From: an uncultured Acidobacteriota bacterium
GTDB lineage: Bacteria; Acidobacteriota; Vicinamibacteria; Vicinamibacterales; CAVVIG01
Length of the DNA stretch: 38,668 nucleotides
Assembly: GCA_902826465.1 (NCBI GenBank)
Contig: CADEEX010000003.1
Coordinates: forward strand, 1 to 38,668
Direction: 5' to 3'
The notes below the pieces were generated by a model, which did no database searches, was not told the DNA's origin, and saw only the letters and a program-made list of their open reading frames with translations. Shown piece after piece: positions 16,805 through 25,133 of the stretch. Position numbers and translations under genes: made by a program. Position 1 is the stretch's first letter, and every line of letters begins with the position of its first letter.

Positions 16805-18256
16805 TTATCCATTCTTCGTGTGACGAAGGTGCTCGCGAACGACCACCCGGTTACCGTCCACTCGTGTCACTTCTATGGCGGTGCCCGCGTCGATGAAACC
16901 TCCATCGGACACCACATCGACACGCGTGCCGTCCATGTCGGCGATTCCGGCCGGCCGCAGAGGGGAGTGCGCGATGCCGGTGCGGCCGACCCACTGCTGA
17001 TCGCTCGGCGGCGCCGAGGCATAGCCGAGCGTCGCCTTCATATTCGTGTCGAGCACCAGTTGCTGACCAAACGGCAACGACGGCAGGTATCGCAGGATCA
17101 CCACGCCGAGACCGAGCGCGATCAGAATCGAGATCGCCACCTGCCCGAGCGCGCTGATGATGATGGCGCCCGTGGCGCCGGCGCCGACCAGTGTCAGCGC
17201 CAGTCCGGCAATGAGCGCAACAATGCCTGCCAGCCCCGTGACACCGAAGCCGGGAACGACCAGCACCTCGAGGGCAAGAAGCGCCAGTCCTACGGCAATC
17301 AGCATCAGCTCCTCCCAGCCGGCCAGCTGGACGATCCAGTGCCCCCAGAAGAAGAGACCGAGGAATGTCATGCCGAGGACACCCGGCAGGGCGAACCCTG
17401 GCGTTCGGATCTCGACCATCACGGCCAGCAGGCCAATGGTCATGAGGAGCGAACTGACTACTGGATTGGTGAGGAAGCGCACGAGCGTCTCGGCCCAGCT
17501 CTCGGTGCGGCGCTCAATCGTGACCGCGCCCAGTCCCGCCTTGGCGAGTGCGTCCTCGAGCGAGTTCGCACTCAGGTCGGCCACTTTGTGCGCGAGCGCC
17601 TCCGACGAGGTCAGCGTCAGCAGTTTTCCCTTCTCGATCAGGCCGTCGATCGCCACGTCGGCGTCGACCATGGCTTCGGCGATCAGTGTGGGACGGCCGC
17701 GCTGCTCGGCCGTGGCAGCGAACTCCTTGCGCACATACGACAGCGACTTCTCATCTGCCGCTTGCGGCGGTCCGGTGCCGCCAACCACCGGGGTGGCGGC
17801 GCCAATAGTGCCGCCGTCGGCCATGACGATGGTGTGGGTGGCGAGCGCGATCAGCGCGCCTGCGGAAATGGCGCGCGGGTTGATGAAGGCGATGGTGCGA
17901 ACGGGGGAGCGGATAATGGCGTCGCGCATGGCCACCGCGGCGTCGACGCGTCCGCCGAAGGTGTTGATGTCGAGGACCACCGCAGCGGCCTTCGCCTGTT
18001 CCGCTTCGTGGAGAACGCGGTTCAGGTAGGGCGCGAGGCCGAGGTCGATCATGCCGTCGATGGCGACGACGTAAACGAGCGCGGGGGGCTGGCTGGCGTT
18101 CTGGCCGTGCACGGCGGCTGGCGCTGATAGTAGTTGCGCGCACGCGGAGGCCACCAGCACACAGCGGCCGAGGTGTCGCCACCTGTGCCAGGTGAGGTTC
18201 GCTCGGTTGAGTCGGTGCCGAGGGCGCGCGTGCGGTTCACTTCGGGGCCACTGCAT
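16805..18256 (-). CDS. nfeD: NfeD-family membrane-bound ClpP-class serine protease (YqeZ-like)
   Basis: ClpP-like N-terminal domain, a central multi-TM block, and a C-terminal NfeD OB-fold ([31 protein letters not shown]). The exact start is uncertain. Confidence 0.85.
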   Translation of the reverse strand: MQWPRSEPHARPRHRLNRANLTWHRWRHLGRCVLVASACAQLLSAPAAVHGQNASQPPALVYVVAIDGMIDLGLAPYLNRVLHEAEQAKAAAVVLDINTFGGRVDAAVAMRDAIIRSPVRTIAFINPRAISAGALIALATHTIVMADGGTIGAATPVVGGTGPPQAADEKSLSYVRKEFAATAEQRGRPTLIAEAMVDADVAIDGLIEKGKLLTLTSSEALAHKVADLSANSLEDALAKAGLGAVTIERRTESWAETLVRFLTNPVVSSLLMTIGLLAVMVEIRTPGFALPGVLGMTFLGLFFWGHWIVQLAGWEELMLIAVGLALLALEVLVVPGFGVTGLAGIVALIAGLALTLVGAGATGAIIISALGQVAISILIALGLGVVILRYLPSLPFGQQLVLDTNMKATLGYASAPPSDQQWVGRTGIAHSPLRPAGIADMDGTRVDVVSDGGFIDAGTAIEVTRVDGNRVVVREHLRHTKNG

Positions 18257-18348
18257 CAGATTTCGTGCAGTATGACCTATGGCGGATGCATCAGGGGGTC
18301 AAGGTTCGAACGCCCCTGCCGATACGAGGTACAGGGGAGGGAGCACGC

Positions 18349-18477
18349 ATGGATACCTCGAACCTCACGTGGCGCGACAAGGTGGCGATTCTTGACGTGA
18401 CGGCGCGCATTGCCGCCGGCATGTTCCTCTCAATCGCCCTGTTCTCGGAACTGGTCGTCGTCGTCATTCGCCACTGA
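18349..18477 (+). CDS. Possible 42-aa small membrane protein
   Basis: ATG 18349 lies 8 nt after a strong GGGGAGGGAG Shine-Dalgarno. Single TM segment IAAGMFLSIALFSELVVVVI. No homology evidence. Confidence 0.3.
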   Translation: MDTSNLTWRDKVAILDVTARIAAGMFLSIALFSELVVVVIRH

Positions 18478-18516
18478 CGTCTATCGCGACGTCGCATCCG
18501 ACGTGACTTTCGTCGT

Positions 18517-18558
18517 GTCCGGCTTCAGCCGGACGACGTGGTCCGCCTGAAGGCGGAC
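18517..18558. repeat. REP-like palindromic elements: GTCCGGC-TTCA-GCCGGAC and GTCCGCC-TGAA-GGCGGAC
   Basis: Two perfect 7-bp-stem hairpins (18517-18534 and 18541-18558) between convergent genes. The same two hairpin types recur at 29028-29114. Confidence 0.85.
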
Positions 18559-18596
18559 ACCACGTGGTCTCTGAAGCCCCGCGCTACGAACGACGT

Positions 18597-20645
18597 TTAC
18601 CGCGGTCGTGGGCCGTAGATCGGTGCTGGCTGGCCCACCTCCAGCGCACCGAGGTCTGGCGCCTGGCCGGTGAATCCATCCGTCACATTCGGCAGCGCTA
18701 CACCACGGTCCACCGCCGCTGAACCCGGCTTGAGCCTGAAGTCGAGATCCTCCGCCTTGTAGAGACGCTGCACGGTGGCCAGATCCTTCGCGTCGAGCTT
18801 CATCACCTTCGTGAACACGTCGTAGTCGACCAGCACGCTGTGCTGGTCCTGCTTCGTCGCCTGAGCGTAGGCCTCGAGCGTGGCGAACTTCCGCTGCTCG
18901 ATCTTCTCGGCGCTGCTGCCGTCAGCGCGAATCGACGCGATGGCGGCCGGCGGCGAATTCCACTGGAACGACTCAGTGCCGGCATTGGGGCGGAAGCCGT
19001 TGTAATCCGACGAACTGTAGTTCGTGTTCGTGTTCACCGTGAACACCGACGCCGAGACGTTCTGCCCGAGCATCAGGTTGTTCCGCCAGTGCGAATTGGC
19101 CGACGAGCCGGCCGACGTTTCGGTGGTGACGGTGTTGTTGTAGAAGAACACGCCGGGCGAGCCAGCGGTGGCGCGCGTCGATCCGCCGGGTGCGTGGTAG
19201 ACGATGTTGCGGATGAAATAGAACGGGCCGCCGACCGACGGCTGCGTGCTCATCGGATGCGAGGCGGAGTTGATCAGCATGTTCCGCATGATGCGGATGT
19301 TGTGCATGCTGCCGTCCATCTCGATCGAGTTGTCGTGCGCGTTGGTGATGTAGTTGTTGTAGATATCGATCGCGGTCGGACGGCGGTCCCAGAACTCCTT
19401 CGGCGGATAGGTCGGACCGTCGATCGGATGTGAACCGTCCGGCATGCCGTACATCTCGGTGTCGATGCCGTCGTGGAAGTCGGCCACATAGTTGAAAGCG
19501 ACGACGTGGCCGGGACCGTAGAGGCGAATGGCGGTGTACGACTTCATCACCGGCGGATACTCCTGCCCCTCAACGTTCTCGAACTGCTGCCAGAACGGAC
19601 CGTTCCAGCCAGTGAGGTGCTTCGAGTCGTTACGACCGAGGAAGATGCTGTCGGCGATGTAGAAGTCGCTCGAGCCAGAGTAGTTCGAGAACACGCCCAT
19701 GCCGACCTGGTCGAAGGTGCAGCGCTTGACGGTGAGCCCCTTCGAGCCGGCGATGAACTGCGTGCCGGCCCAGATCGCAATGTCGGTGTTCTTGAACGTG
19801 ATGCCTTCGAAGTAGTTGTAATCGGCCGCCTTCACGTTGAACAGGTTGAAGTTGCCGCGGCCGTCGATGATCACCTCGCCGTCGCCGGCCGCCTTGATCA
19901 CAATCGGTCGCTCGGCGGTGCCGTCAGCCGTGAGGTAATAGGTGCCTTCGAAGGTGGTGGTGGCGTTGATGGTGGTCTGGTTGGCGTAGAACTCGTAGTG
20001 GTAGGCGTAGGTGCCGGTGTGGACGAGGAGCGTGTCACCCGGCTTGACGCGGGGCCGCCCGCCCGGCGCGGTGTCGCCGGCGCCGCAGTAGTAGTTGTAG
20101 GCGCACATGATCCCCTCGAAGGCCGGCTCGGTCTTCGGGCCAAGCCACTTGGTCGGGTAGACGTGGTACACCTTGCCGCCCGTCGCGGGCACGGGTTCAG
20201 GACGCGTACGCACGGTCACCACCTTCGTGGCGTTTGCGGCGGGACCGGTGATGCCGTCCGGGTCGGTGAGTACGAAGCGCGCTTCGTAGGCGGTACCCGG
20301 TTCGAGGTCGAGGATGCTGCCGGCGAACATGTTCGGCGACACCAGGTTGAAGACGTTGCGTTGGAAGACCTGCTCGCCCTGCGATCGCACCAGTGGTAAC
20401 GCCGTGCGCCACGTGGCGTCGCCAGGCTTCCGATACGACACGTCCACCCGCGCGTTACGATTGGCATCGCCGTCGATGTGCCACTCGAACCCCAGGTTGA
20501 TGAGCGTCGGGTGCTCGATCACGAACTCGCCGGGAGTCACTCCAGCGTCGCCAGGCGCCGCGATGAGTGGCTGGCTCACGCTGGCCAGGCCGGCCACAAG
20601 GATCATCGGAGCACAGGTGTGAAGCAGGTGACGAGATACGCGCAT
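18597..20645 (-). CDS. Secreted FN3-like + parallel beta-helix repeat protein (paralogue 2)
   Basis: Collinear with paralogue 1 over the whole length. Start moved to ATG 20645 (MRVSRHLLHTCAPMILVAGLASVSQPLIAAPG signal-like). Confidence 0.85.
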   Translation of the reverse strand: MRVSRHLLHTCAPMILVAGLASVSQPLIAAPGDAGVTPGEFVIEHPTLINLGFEWHIDGDANRNARVDVSYRKPGDATWRTALPLVRSQGEQVFQRNVFNLVSPNMFAGSILDLEPGTAYEARFVLTDPDGITGPAANATKVVTVRTRPEPVPATGGKVYHVYPTKWLGPKTEPAFEGIMCAYNYYCGAGDTAPGGRPRVKPGDTLLVHTGTYAYHYEFYANQTTINATTTFEGTYYLTADGTAERPIVIKAAGDGEVIIDGRGNFNLFNVKAADYNYFEGITFKNTDIAIWAGTQFIAGSKGLTVKRCTFDQVGMGVFSNYSGSSDFYIADSIFLGRNDSKHLTGWNGPFWQQFENVEGQEYPPVMKSYTAIRLYGPGHVVAFNYVADFHDGIDTEMYGMPDGSHPIDGPTYPPKEFWDRRPTAIDIYNNYITNAHDNSIEMDGSMHNIRIMRNMLINSASHPMSTQPSVGGPFYFIRNIVYHAPGGSTRATAGSPGVFFYNNTVTTETSAGSSANSHWRNNLMLGQNVSASVFTVNTNTNYSSSDYNGFRPNAGTESFQWNSPPAAIASIRADGSSAEKIEQRKFATLEAYAQATKQDQHSVLVDYDVFTKVMKLDAKDLATVQRLYKAEDLDFRLKPGSAAVDRGVALPNVTDGFTGQAPDLGALEVGQPAPIYGPRPR

Positions 20646-20654
20646 GGTGCGCGG

Positions 20655-20660
20655 ATTATA
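20655..20660 (-). promoter_or_regulatory. Perfect TATAAT (minus strand) 9 nt upstream of the paralogue-2 ATG
   Basis: Plus-strand ATTATA at 20655-20660. The spacer CCGCGCACC has no Shine-Dalgarno. Confidence 0.35.
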
Positions 20661-21487
20661 TGACGCACTTCCGTGGATGGGCGAAGCCGGGCCCGGTGCC
20701 GCCTGGCGCAGAGGCGCGGCCCGACGTGCCACCCGACGAATCACTCGACGCCATCAGCGGGCACTTTCGCCTGTTCCAGCTGCGCGACGGGCATCGATTC
20801 TCGACCGACGATGTCCTGACGGCGTGGTACGGCAGTTCGTGGGCGCCGACGGCATCGACCGTGCTCGACCTCGGTTCTGGTATCGGGTCGGTCGGCATGG
20901 TGGCGGCGTGGCGTCTGCCGGGTGCGAGGTTCGTGACGATTGAGGCGCAGGACGAGAGCGTGCGCCTGGCCCGAAAGTCAGCGGTCTACAACGGTCTCGC
21001 CGCGCGCTACGAGATCCGCCACGGCGACTTCCGCGATCCTCAGGCGCTCGGTGCCGACGAGCGTTTCGATCTGGTCCTCGGCAGCCCGCCGTACTTCCCG
21101 CTTGGCACCGGCGTCGAAGGCGACCATCCGCAGAAGGTGCAATGCCGGTTCGAGGTGAGGGGCGATATCAGCGACTACGTCCGTGTAGCGGTCGCGCACC
21201 TCGCACTTGGAGGGCTGTTCGCCTGTGTCTTCCCGGAGAATCAGCTGGCGAGAGCGGAGCAGGCCGCGGCGGATGCCGGAGCCGTGATCGTACGGCGTCG
21301 GCCGGTGGTGTTTCGCGAGGGCGACGCGCCACTCGTCGCCCTCTTCGCGATGATGCGCGCGTCCGACTTACCTGAAAACATGCGACAGCGCACGTGGGTC
21401 GAGCCGCCACTCGTGATCAGGACGGCTGATAGTCAGGTCCATCCGGAGTACGCCGCCGTGAAACTGTCGTTCGGCTTCCCGCCGTAA
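20660..21487 (+). CDS. Class I SAM-dependent methyltransferase, tRNA1(Val) m6A37 (YfiC/TrmN6)-like
   Basis: FRLFQLRDGHRFSTDDVLTAW, SAM motif VLDLGSGIGSVG, catalytic-type GSPPYF. The start is uncertain (ATG 20660, or GTG at 20696 or 20726). The track start 20567 overlaps paralogue 2. Confidence 0.8.
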   Translation: MTHFRGWAKPGPVPPGAEARPDVPPDESLDAISGHFRLFQLRDGHRFSTDDVLTAWYGSSWAPTASTVLDLGSGIGSVGMVAAWRLPGARFVTIEAQDESVRLARKSAVYNGLAARYEIRHGDFRDPQALGADERFDLVLGSPPYFPLGTGVEGDHPQKVQCRFEVRGDISDYVRVAVAHLALGGLFACVFPENQLARAEQAAADAGAVIVRRRPVVFREGDAPLVALFAMMRASDLPENMRQRTWVEPPLVIRTADSQVHPEYAAVKLSFGFPP

Positions 21488-21496
21488 GTGGTCGCG

Positions 21497-22390
21497 CTAT
21501 TTCTTGCCGAGCGTTTTCTCGAACCAGGCTAGCAACAGCCCCTGGGCCTTGGTCAGGTCGGCGTCGCGAAATCCGTGACCGGCGCCAGGGATGGTGACGA
21601 AGTCTGACGTGATGCTGCTCTCCTTGAGCGCCTTGATCATCCGCTGGCTGTGTTCAATCGGCACGGTGGTGTCTTTGTCGCCGTGAATCAGGAGTGTCGG
21701 TGGATCGTCTGGCGTCACGAACAGGATGGGGGAGATGGCGGCCGCCTTCTCTTTTTCGAAGTTCAGCGCCGGGAAGCGCTGCCCTTCGCTGGCCAGCATG
21801 ACGCCGCGGGCCCACGTACGAAGATCGACGGGCGGGTAGTAGGCCACGACCGACGCTACCTTGTCGCTCTCGTGCATGAACGGCTCCTCGTCCGCCGGGT
21901 CGCCGGCATCGGGGGCAAGGCCGAGCATCAGCGACAGATGTCCGCCGGCACTGCCGCCGTGGACGCCGAGCCGGTTCGCATCGACGCCCCATTCCTTCGC
22001 GTGGTAGCGCACGTAGCGCACGGCGCGACGGACATCGCTCACCGCATCCGGCACGTGATAGCGCGGGCTGCTGCCGTGCCGAATGACGACGACCGTGAAG
22101 CCTTTGTCGAGGAGGAATTGAAAGCGACCGGCTGTCTGCGCCGGTGGCGTCCAGCGCGAGACCCAGCCGCCGCTCACCATGTAGAGAATCGCCGCGCCGT
22201 TGGCGCCGCGTTTCGGCGTGAGCACGTCGAGCGTCATGGCCAGGCCGTCTTTGTGGCCGTAGACGAGGTCGGGCTTCACCGCGACTTCGACGGCTGCCGC
22301 TCGCGTGACCGGCAGCAGTACACACACGAGGGCGAGAGCCCGGACGATCAGAGCGGAACGGGAATGGATGAATGCCGCGCGCACGCGCAT
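21497..22390 (-). CDS. Secreted alpha/beta-hydrolase (esterase / S9-like)
   Basis: Nucleophile elbow HGGSAGGHL, and IHGDKDTTVPIEHS near the C-terminus. Start at ATG 22390 after GGAGG, with a signal-like MRVRAAFIHSRSALIVRALALVCVLLPVTRAAA. Confidence 0.8.
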   Translation of the reverse strand: MRVRAAFIHSRSALIVRALALVCVLLPVTRAAAVEVAVKPDLVYGHKDGLAMTLDVLTPKRGANGAAILYMVSGGWVSRWTPPAQTAGRFQFLLDKGFTVVVIRHGSSPRYHVPDAVSDVRRAVRYVRYHAKEWGVDANRLGVHGGSAGGHLSLMLGLAPDAGDPADEEPFMHESDKVASVVAYYPPVDLRTWARGVMLASEGQRFPALNFEKEKAAAISPILFVTPDDPPTLLIHGDKDTTVPIEHSQRMIKALKESSITSDFVTIPGAGHGFRDADLTKAQGLLLAWFEKTLGKK

Positions 22391-22499
22391 GTTGATGCCT
22401 CCTGCTAAGACGGTCGACAAAACCGCGCCATCATACTGCGACAGCCGCGGTGACGCCGAGGTCGGGCGACTTTCTCTCAAAGGGACGCCAAATCGCCGA

Positions 22500-22505
22500 T
22501 AGAAT
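22500..22505 (+). promoter_or_regulatory. -10-like TAGAAT 7 nt upstream of the paralogue-3 ATG
   Basis: GCCGATAGAATCGCGCGCATG with no Shine-Dalgarno. GCCGATAGA is shared with the paralogue-1 candidate -10 (GCCGATAGAGT). Confidence 0.35.
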
Positions 22506-22512
22506 CGCGCGC

Positions 22513-24567
22513 ATGAAATGCACCGTCGCGTGTTGTATCGCCCTTGTCACTGTTCTTGCCGCCGCGGTTCACCTTGGAGCGCCGCTTGGTGCCCAATCAG
22601 CCCAGGTTGGCAACGCGGTCGTGGCAGGGGAGTTGGTCATCGATCCGCCGACACTCATCAATCTCGGCTTCGAATGGCTGATCGAGGGCGACGCCAACCG
22701 GACGGCGTCAGTCGCCGTGCAGTATCGGAAGGCCGGCGAGTCGGCGTGGCGGCAGGCGCTGCCGCTGGTGCGACTGCAGGGCGAGCGCGTTCGGTCGGGG
22801 CGGCAGATCGACGTCACCGTGCCGAACATGTTCGCCGGCAGCATCCTCGACCTCGAGCCGGACACCAGTTACGAGGCGCAGTTCGTGCTGACCGACACTG
22901 ACGGCGTGAGCGGGGACGCGCGCAAGACGGTGACCGTGCGGACGCGTCCGGAGCCGATGCCGTCGCGCGAGGGACGCACGTTTCACGTGTATCCGCACGG
23001 GTTCAAGGGCGAGAAGCAGCAGCCGGCGTTCGAAGGGCTGATGTGCGCCTACAACCTCTCGTGCTCGGGGACCGACTACGCGACCATCGGCCGGCCCCGC
23101 GTGAAGGCGGGAGACACGATCCTGGTGCACGCGGGACTCTACAAGTACAACCGCTACGAATACACGACCAACCCCACGGTGAACAGCACGCAGCCGCTCG
23201 ATGGCACCTATTACTTCACGGCCGATGGCACCGCCGAAAAGCCGATCGCGATCAAGGCCGCTGGCGACGGCGAGGTGGTGTTTGACGGCGCTGGCAACTA
23301 CGCGCTCTTCGATGTGCGCGCGGCCGACTACACCTACGTCGAGGGGATCACCTTCCGCAACACCGAGTACGGCATCCTCGCCGGCACGCAGTTCCTGATC
23401 GGCGCCAAGGGACTGTCGGTGAAGCATTCGCGCTTCGAAAACGTGGGTGCGGGGGTGTGGACCAACTATTCGGGTTCGAGCAACTTCTATATCGCCGACA
23501 ACGTCTTCATTGGCCGCGACGATCCGGACCATGTGATCGGCTGGTCAGGCGCGATCTGGGAACCGTTCAACGGCGTCGACGGTCAGAAGTTTCCGCCGCC
23601 CATGTCTTCGTACGTGGCTGTCAAAATCTACGGTCCGGGCCATGTCGTCGCCTACAACTACGTGGCGAACTTCCACGACGGCATCGACATTGAGACGTAC
23701 GGAAACCCCGACGGCTCGTCGGCTGAGGACGGCCCCCCGTATCCGCCGCGGGAGTCGTGGCACCTGCGCCCGGTCGCCATCGACTTCTACAACAACTTCA
23801 TGACCAACTTTCACGACAACCCGTTCGAGATCGACGGCGGGCTGCACAACATCCGCGTGATGCGGAACATGATGCTGAATTCGGCGTCGCACGCGTTCTG
23901 CAATCAGCCGTCGTTCGGCGGCCCCACCTACTGGATTCGCAACATTGCCTACCACCTGCCAGGTGGGGCGGTGCGGCTCACTGGTGGCTCGGCCGGTGTG
24001 TTCTTCTACAACAACACAATCCTGTCTGAGATTGCGCTGGCGTCAGGGTCGAACGTCCACTTCAGGAACAACCTGGTGCTCGGCGAGCAGTCGTCGCCGG
24101 CGCTGTTTGCCATCAACACGCTCACCAACTACTCGTCGTCTGATTTCAACGGCTTCAGACCGAATCCCGGTGCACCGTTTTCGTTCGCCTGGAACTCACC
24201 GTCAGCGGAGAAGCCGGCTGACTACACCAGCCTGACGACCACGGCGGCGCAGGGCGGTGGTCGATCGCTCGAGACGCGGCAGTTCCCAACGCTGACGGCG
24301 TATGCGCAGGCCACCGGGCAGGATCGGCGCAGCGTGCTGGTGGACTACGACGTGTTCGTGAAGGTGCCGCCGCTCAGCGCCCTGGATCGCGCCACGGTGC
24401 AGAAGGTCTACAAGATGGACGGGCTCGACTTCGGCTTGCGCGCCGGCTCGGCCGCTGTTGATGCCGGCACGTCGCTGCCCAACATCACCGAGGGATTCGC
24501 CGGTCGTGCCCCCGATCTCGGTGCGCTCGAATTGAACAGCCCGCCGCCACATTACGGCCCGCGGTGA
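22513..24567 (+). CDS. Secreted FN3-like + parallel beta-helix repeat protein (paralogue 3)
   Basis: Collinear with paralogues 1 and 2. Start at ATG 22513 (MKCTVACCIALVTVLAAAVHLGAPLGAQS signal peptide). Confidence 0.85.
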   Translation: MKCTVACCIALVTVLAAAVHLGAPLGAQSAQVGNAVVAGELVIDPPTLINLGFEWLIEGDANRTASVAVQYRKAGESAWRQALPLVRLQGERVRSGRQIDVTVPNMFAGSILDLEPDTSYEAQFVLTDTDGVSGDARKTVTVRTRPEPMPSREGRTFHVYPHGFKGEKQQPAFEGLMCAYNLSCSGTDYATIGRPRVKAGDTILVHAGLYKYNRYEYTTNPTVNSTQPLDGTYYFTADGTAEKPIAIKAAGDGEVVFDGAGNYALFDVRAADYTYVEGITFRNTEYGILAGTQFLIGAKGLSVKHSRFENVGAGVWTNYSGSSNFYIADNVFIGRDDPDHVIGWSGAIWEPFNGVDGQKFPPPMSSYVAVKIYGPGHVVAYNYVANFHDGIDIETYGNPDGSSAEDGPPYPPRESWHLRPVAIDFYNNFMTNFHDNPFEIDGGLHNIRVMRNMMLNSASHAFCNQPSFGGPTYWIRNIAYHLPGGAVRLTGGSAGVFFYNNTILSEIALASGSNVHFRNNLVLGEQSSPALFAINTLTNYSSSDFNGFRPNPGAPFSFAWNSPSAEKPADYTSLTTTAAQGGGRSLETRQFPTLTAYAQATGQDRRSVLVDYDVFVKVPPLSALDRATVQKVYKMDGLDFGLRAGSAAVDAGTSLPNITEGFAGRAPDLGALELNSPPPHYGPR

Positions 24568-24572
24568 CCGCG

Positions 24573-25133
24573 CTACTTCCGCAGCAACACATACACCGCG
24601 CCGCCGCCGCCATCTGTGCGAGGAGCATCCGTGTAGGCCAGCACCACGTGCTGCTGTCTGAGGAATGCTCGCACGCGCGTCTTGAGCACGGCCACATTGC
24701 CGCCCGAGTGCAACCCTTTGCCGTGCACGATGCAGACGGTGCGGTGGCGATGCCGAGCGCCGTCAATGAATCGCTTCACGGTGGCGACCGCCTCTGCGGC
24801 CGTCTGGCCGTGCACATCGAGACGGCTGCCGGCGGCATGGACGCCCCGCTTCAGCTTCCGCAGTTCGCGACGGTCGACGCCGTCTGCGGCGTAGCTCCCG
24901 TCGGCATCCTCATCGTCGAGCAGTGACGCGTCGCGCGGTGCGGGGACGGCATCCGACGGTGGCTCTGGCATGTGGACCGGGCGCGCCGGGCGCACGCGCC
25001 CACGCGGGTCCGGCGGCAACGGCACGACGTCTGCCATAGCGCGCTGAAACTCGTCGTCTTTCTCAACGATGGGCTCGGCCGCCTTCTTCGCGTCGTGCTC
25101 GCCCGCACGATGCGGTTGCTTGTCGCGCGTCAC
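24573..25133 (-). CDS. Smr (small MutS-related) domain protein
   Basis: DDEFQRAMADVVPL N-terminal motif as in SmrA/SmrB, then LDVHGQTAAEA ... CIVHGKG ... GGGGAVYVLLRK. The proposed GTG start overlaps the sigma-factor stop (GTGA). Confidence 0.8.
   Translation of the reverse strand: MTRDKQPHRAGEHDAKKAAEPIVEKDDEFQRAMADVVPLPPDPRGRVRPARPVHMPEPPSDAVPAPRDASLLDDEDADGSYAADGVDRRELRKLKRGVHAAGSRLDVHGQTAAEAVATVKRFIDGARHRHRTVCIVHGKGLHSGGNVAVLKTRVRAFLRQQHVVLAYTDAPRTDGGGGAVYVLLRK

Noticed and set aside
18292-18318. GGTTCGAAC (tRNA T-loop-like) inside a CAGGGG...CCCCTG hairpin, considered as a tRNA or tmRNA fragment
   Set aside because: There are no complementary T-stem arms around the TTCGAA, and no acceptor, D or anticodon arms can be built from the flanking sequence. 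It more likely belongs to the nfeD promoter/leader region.
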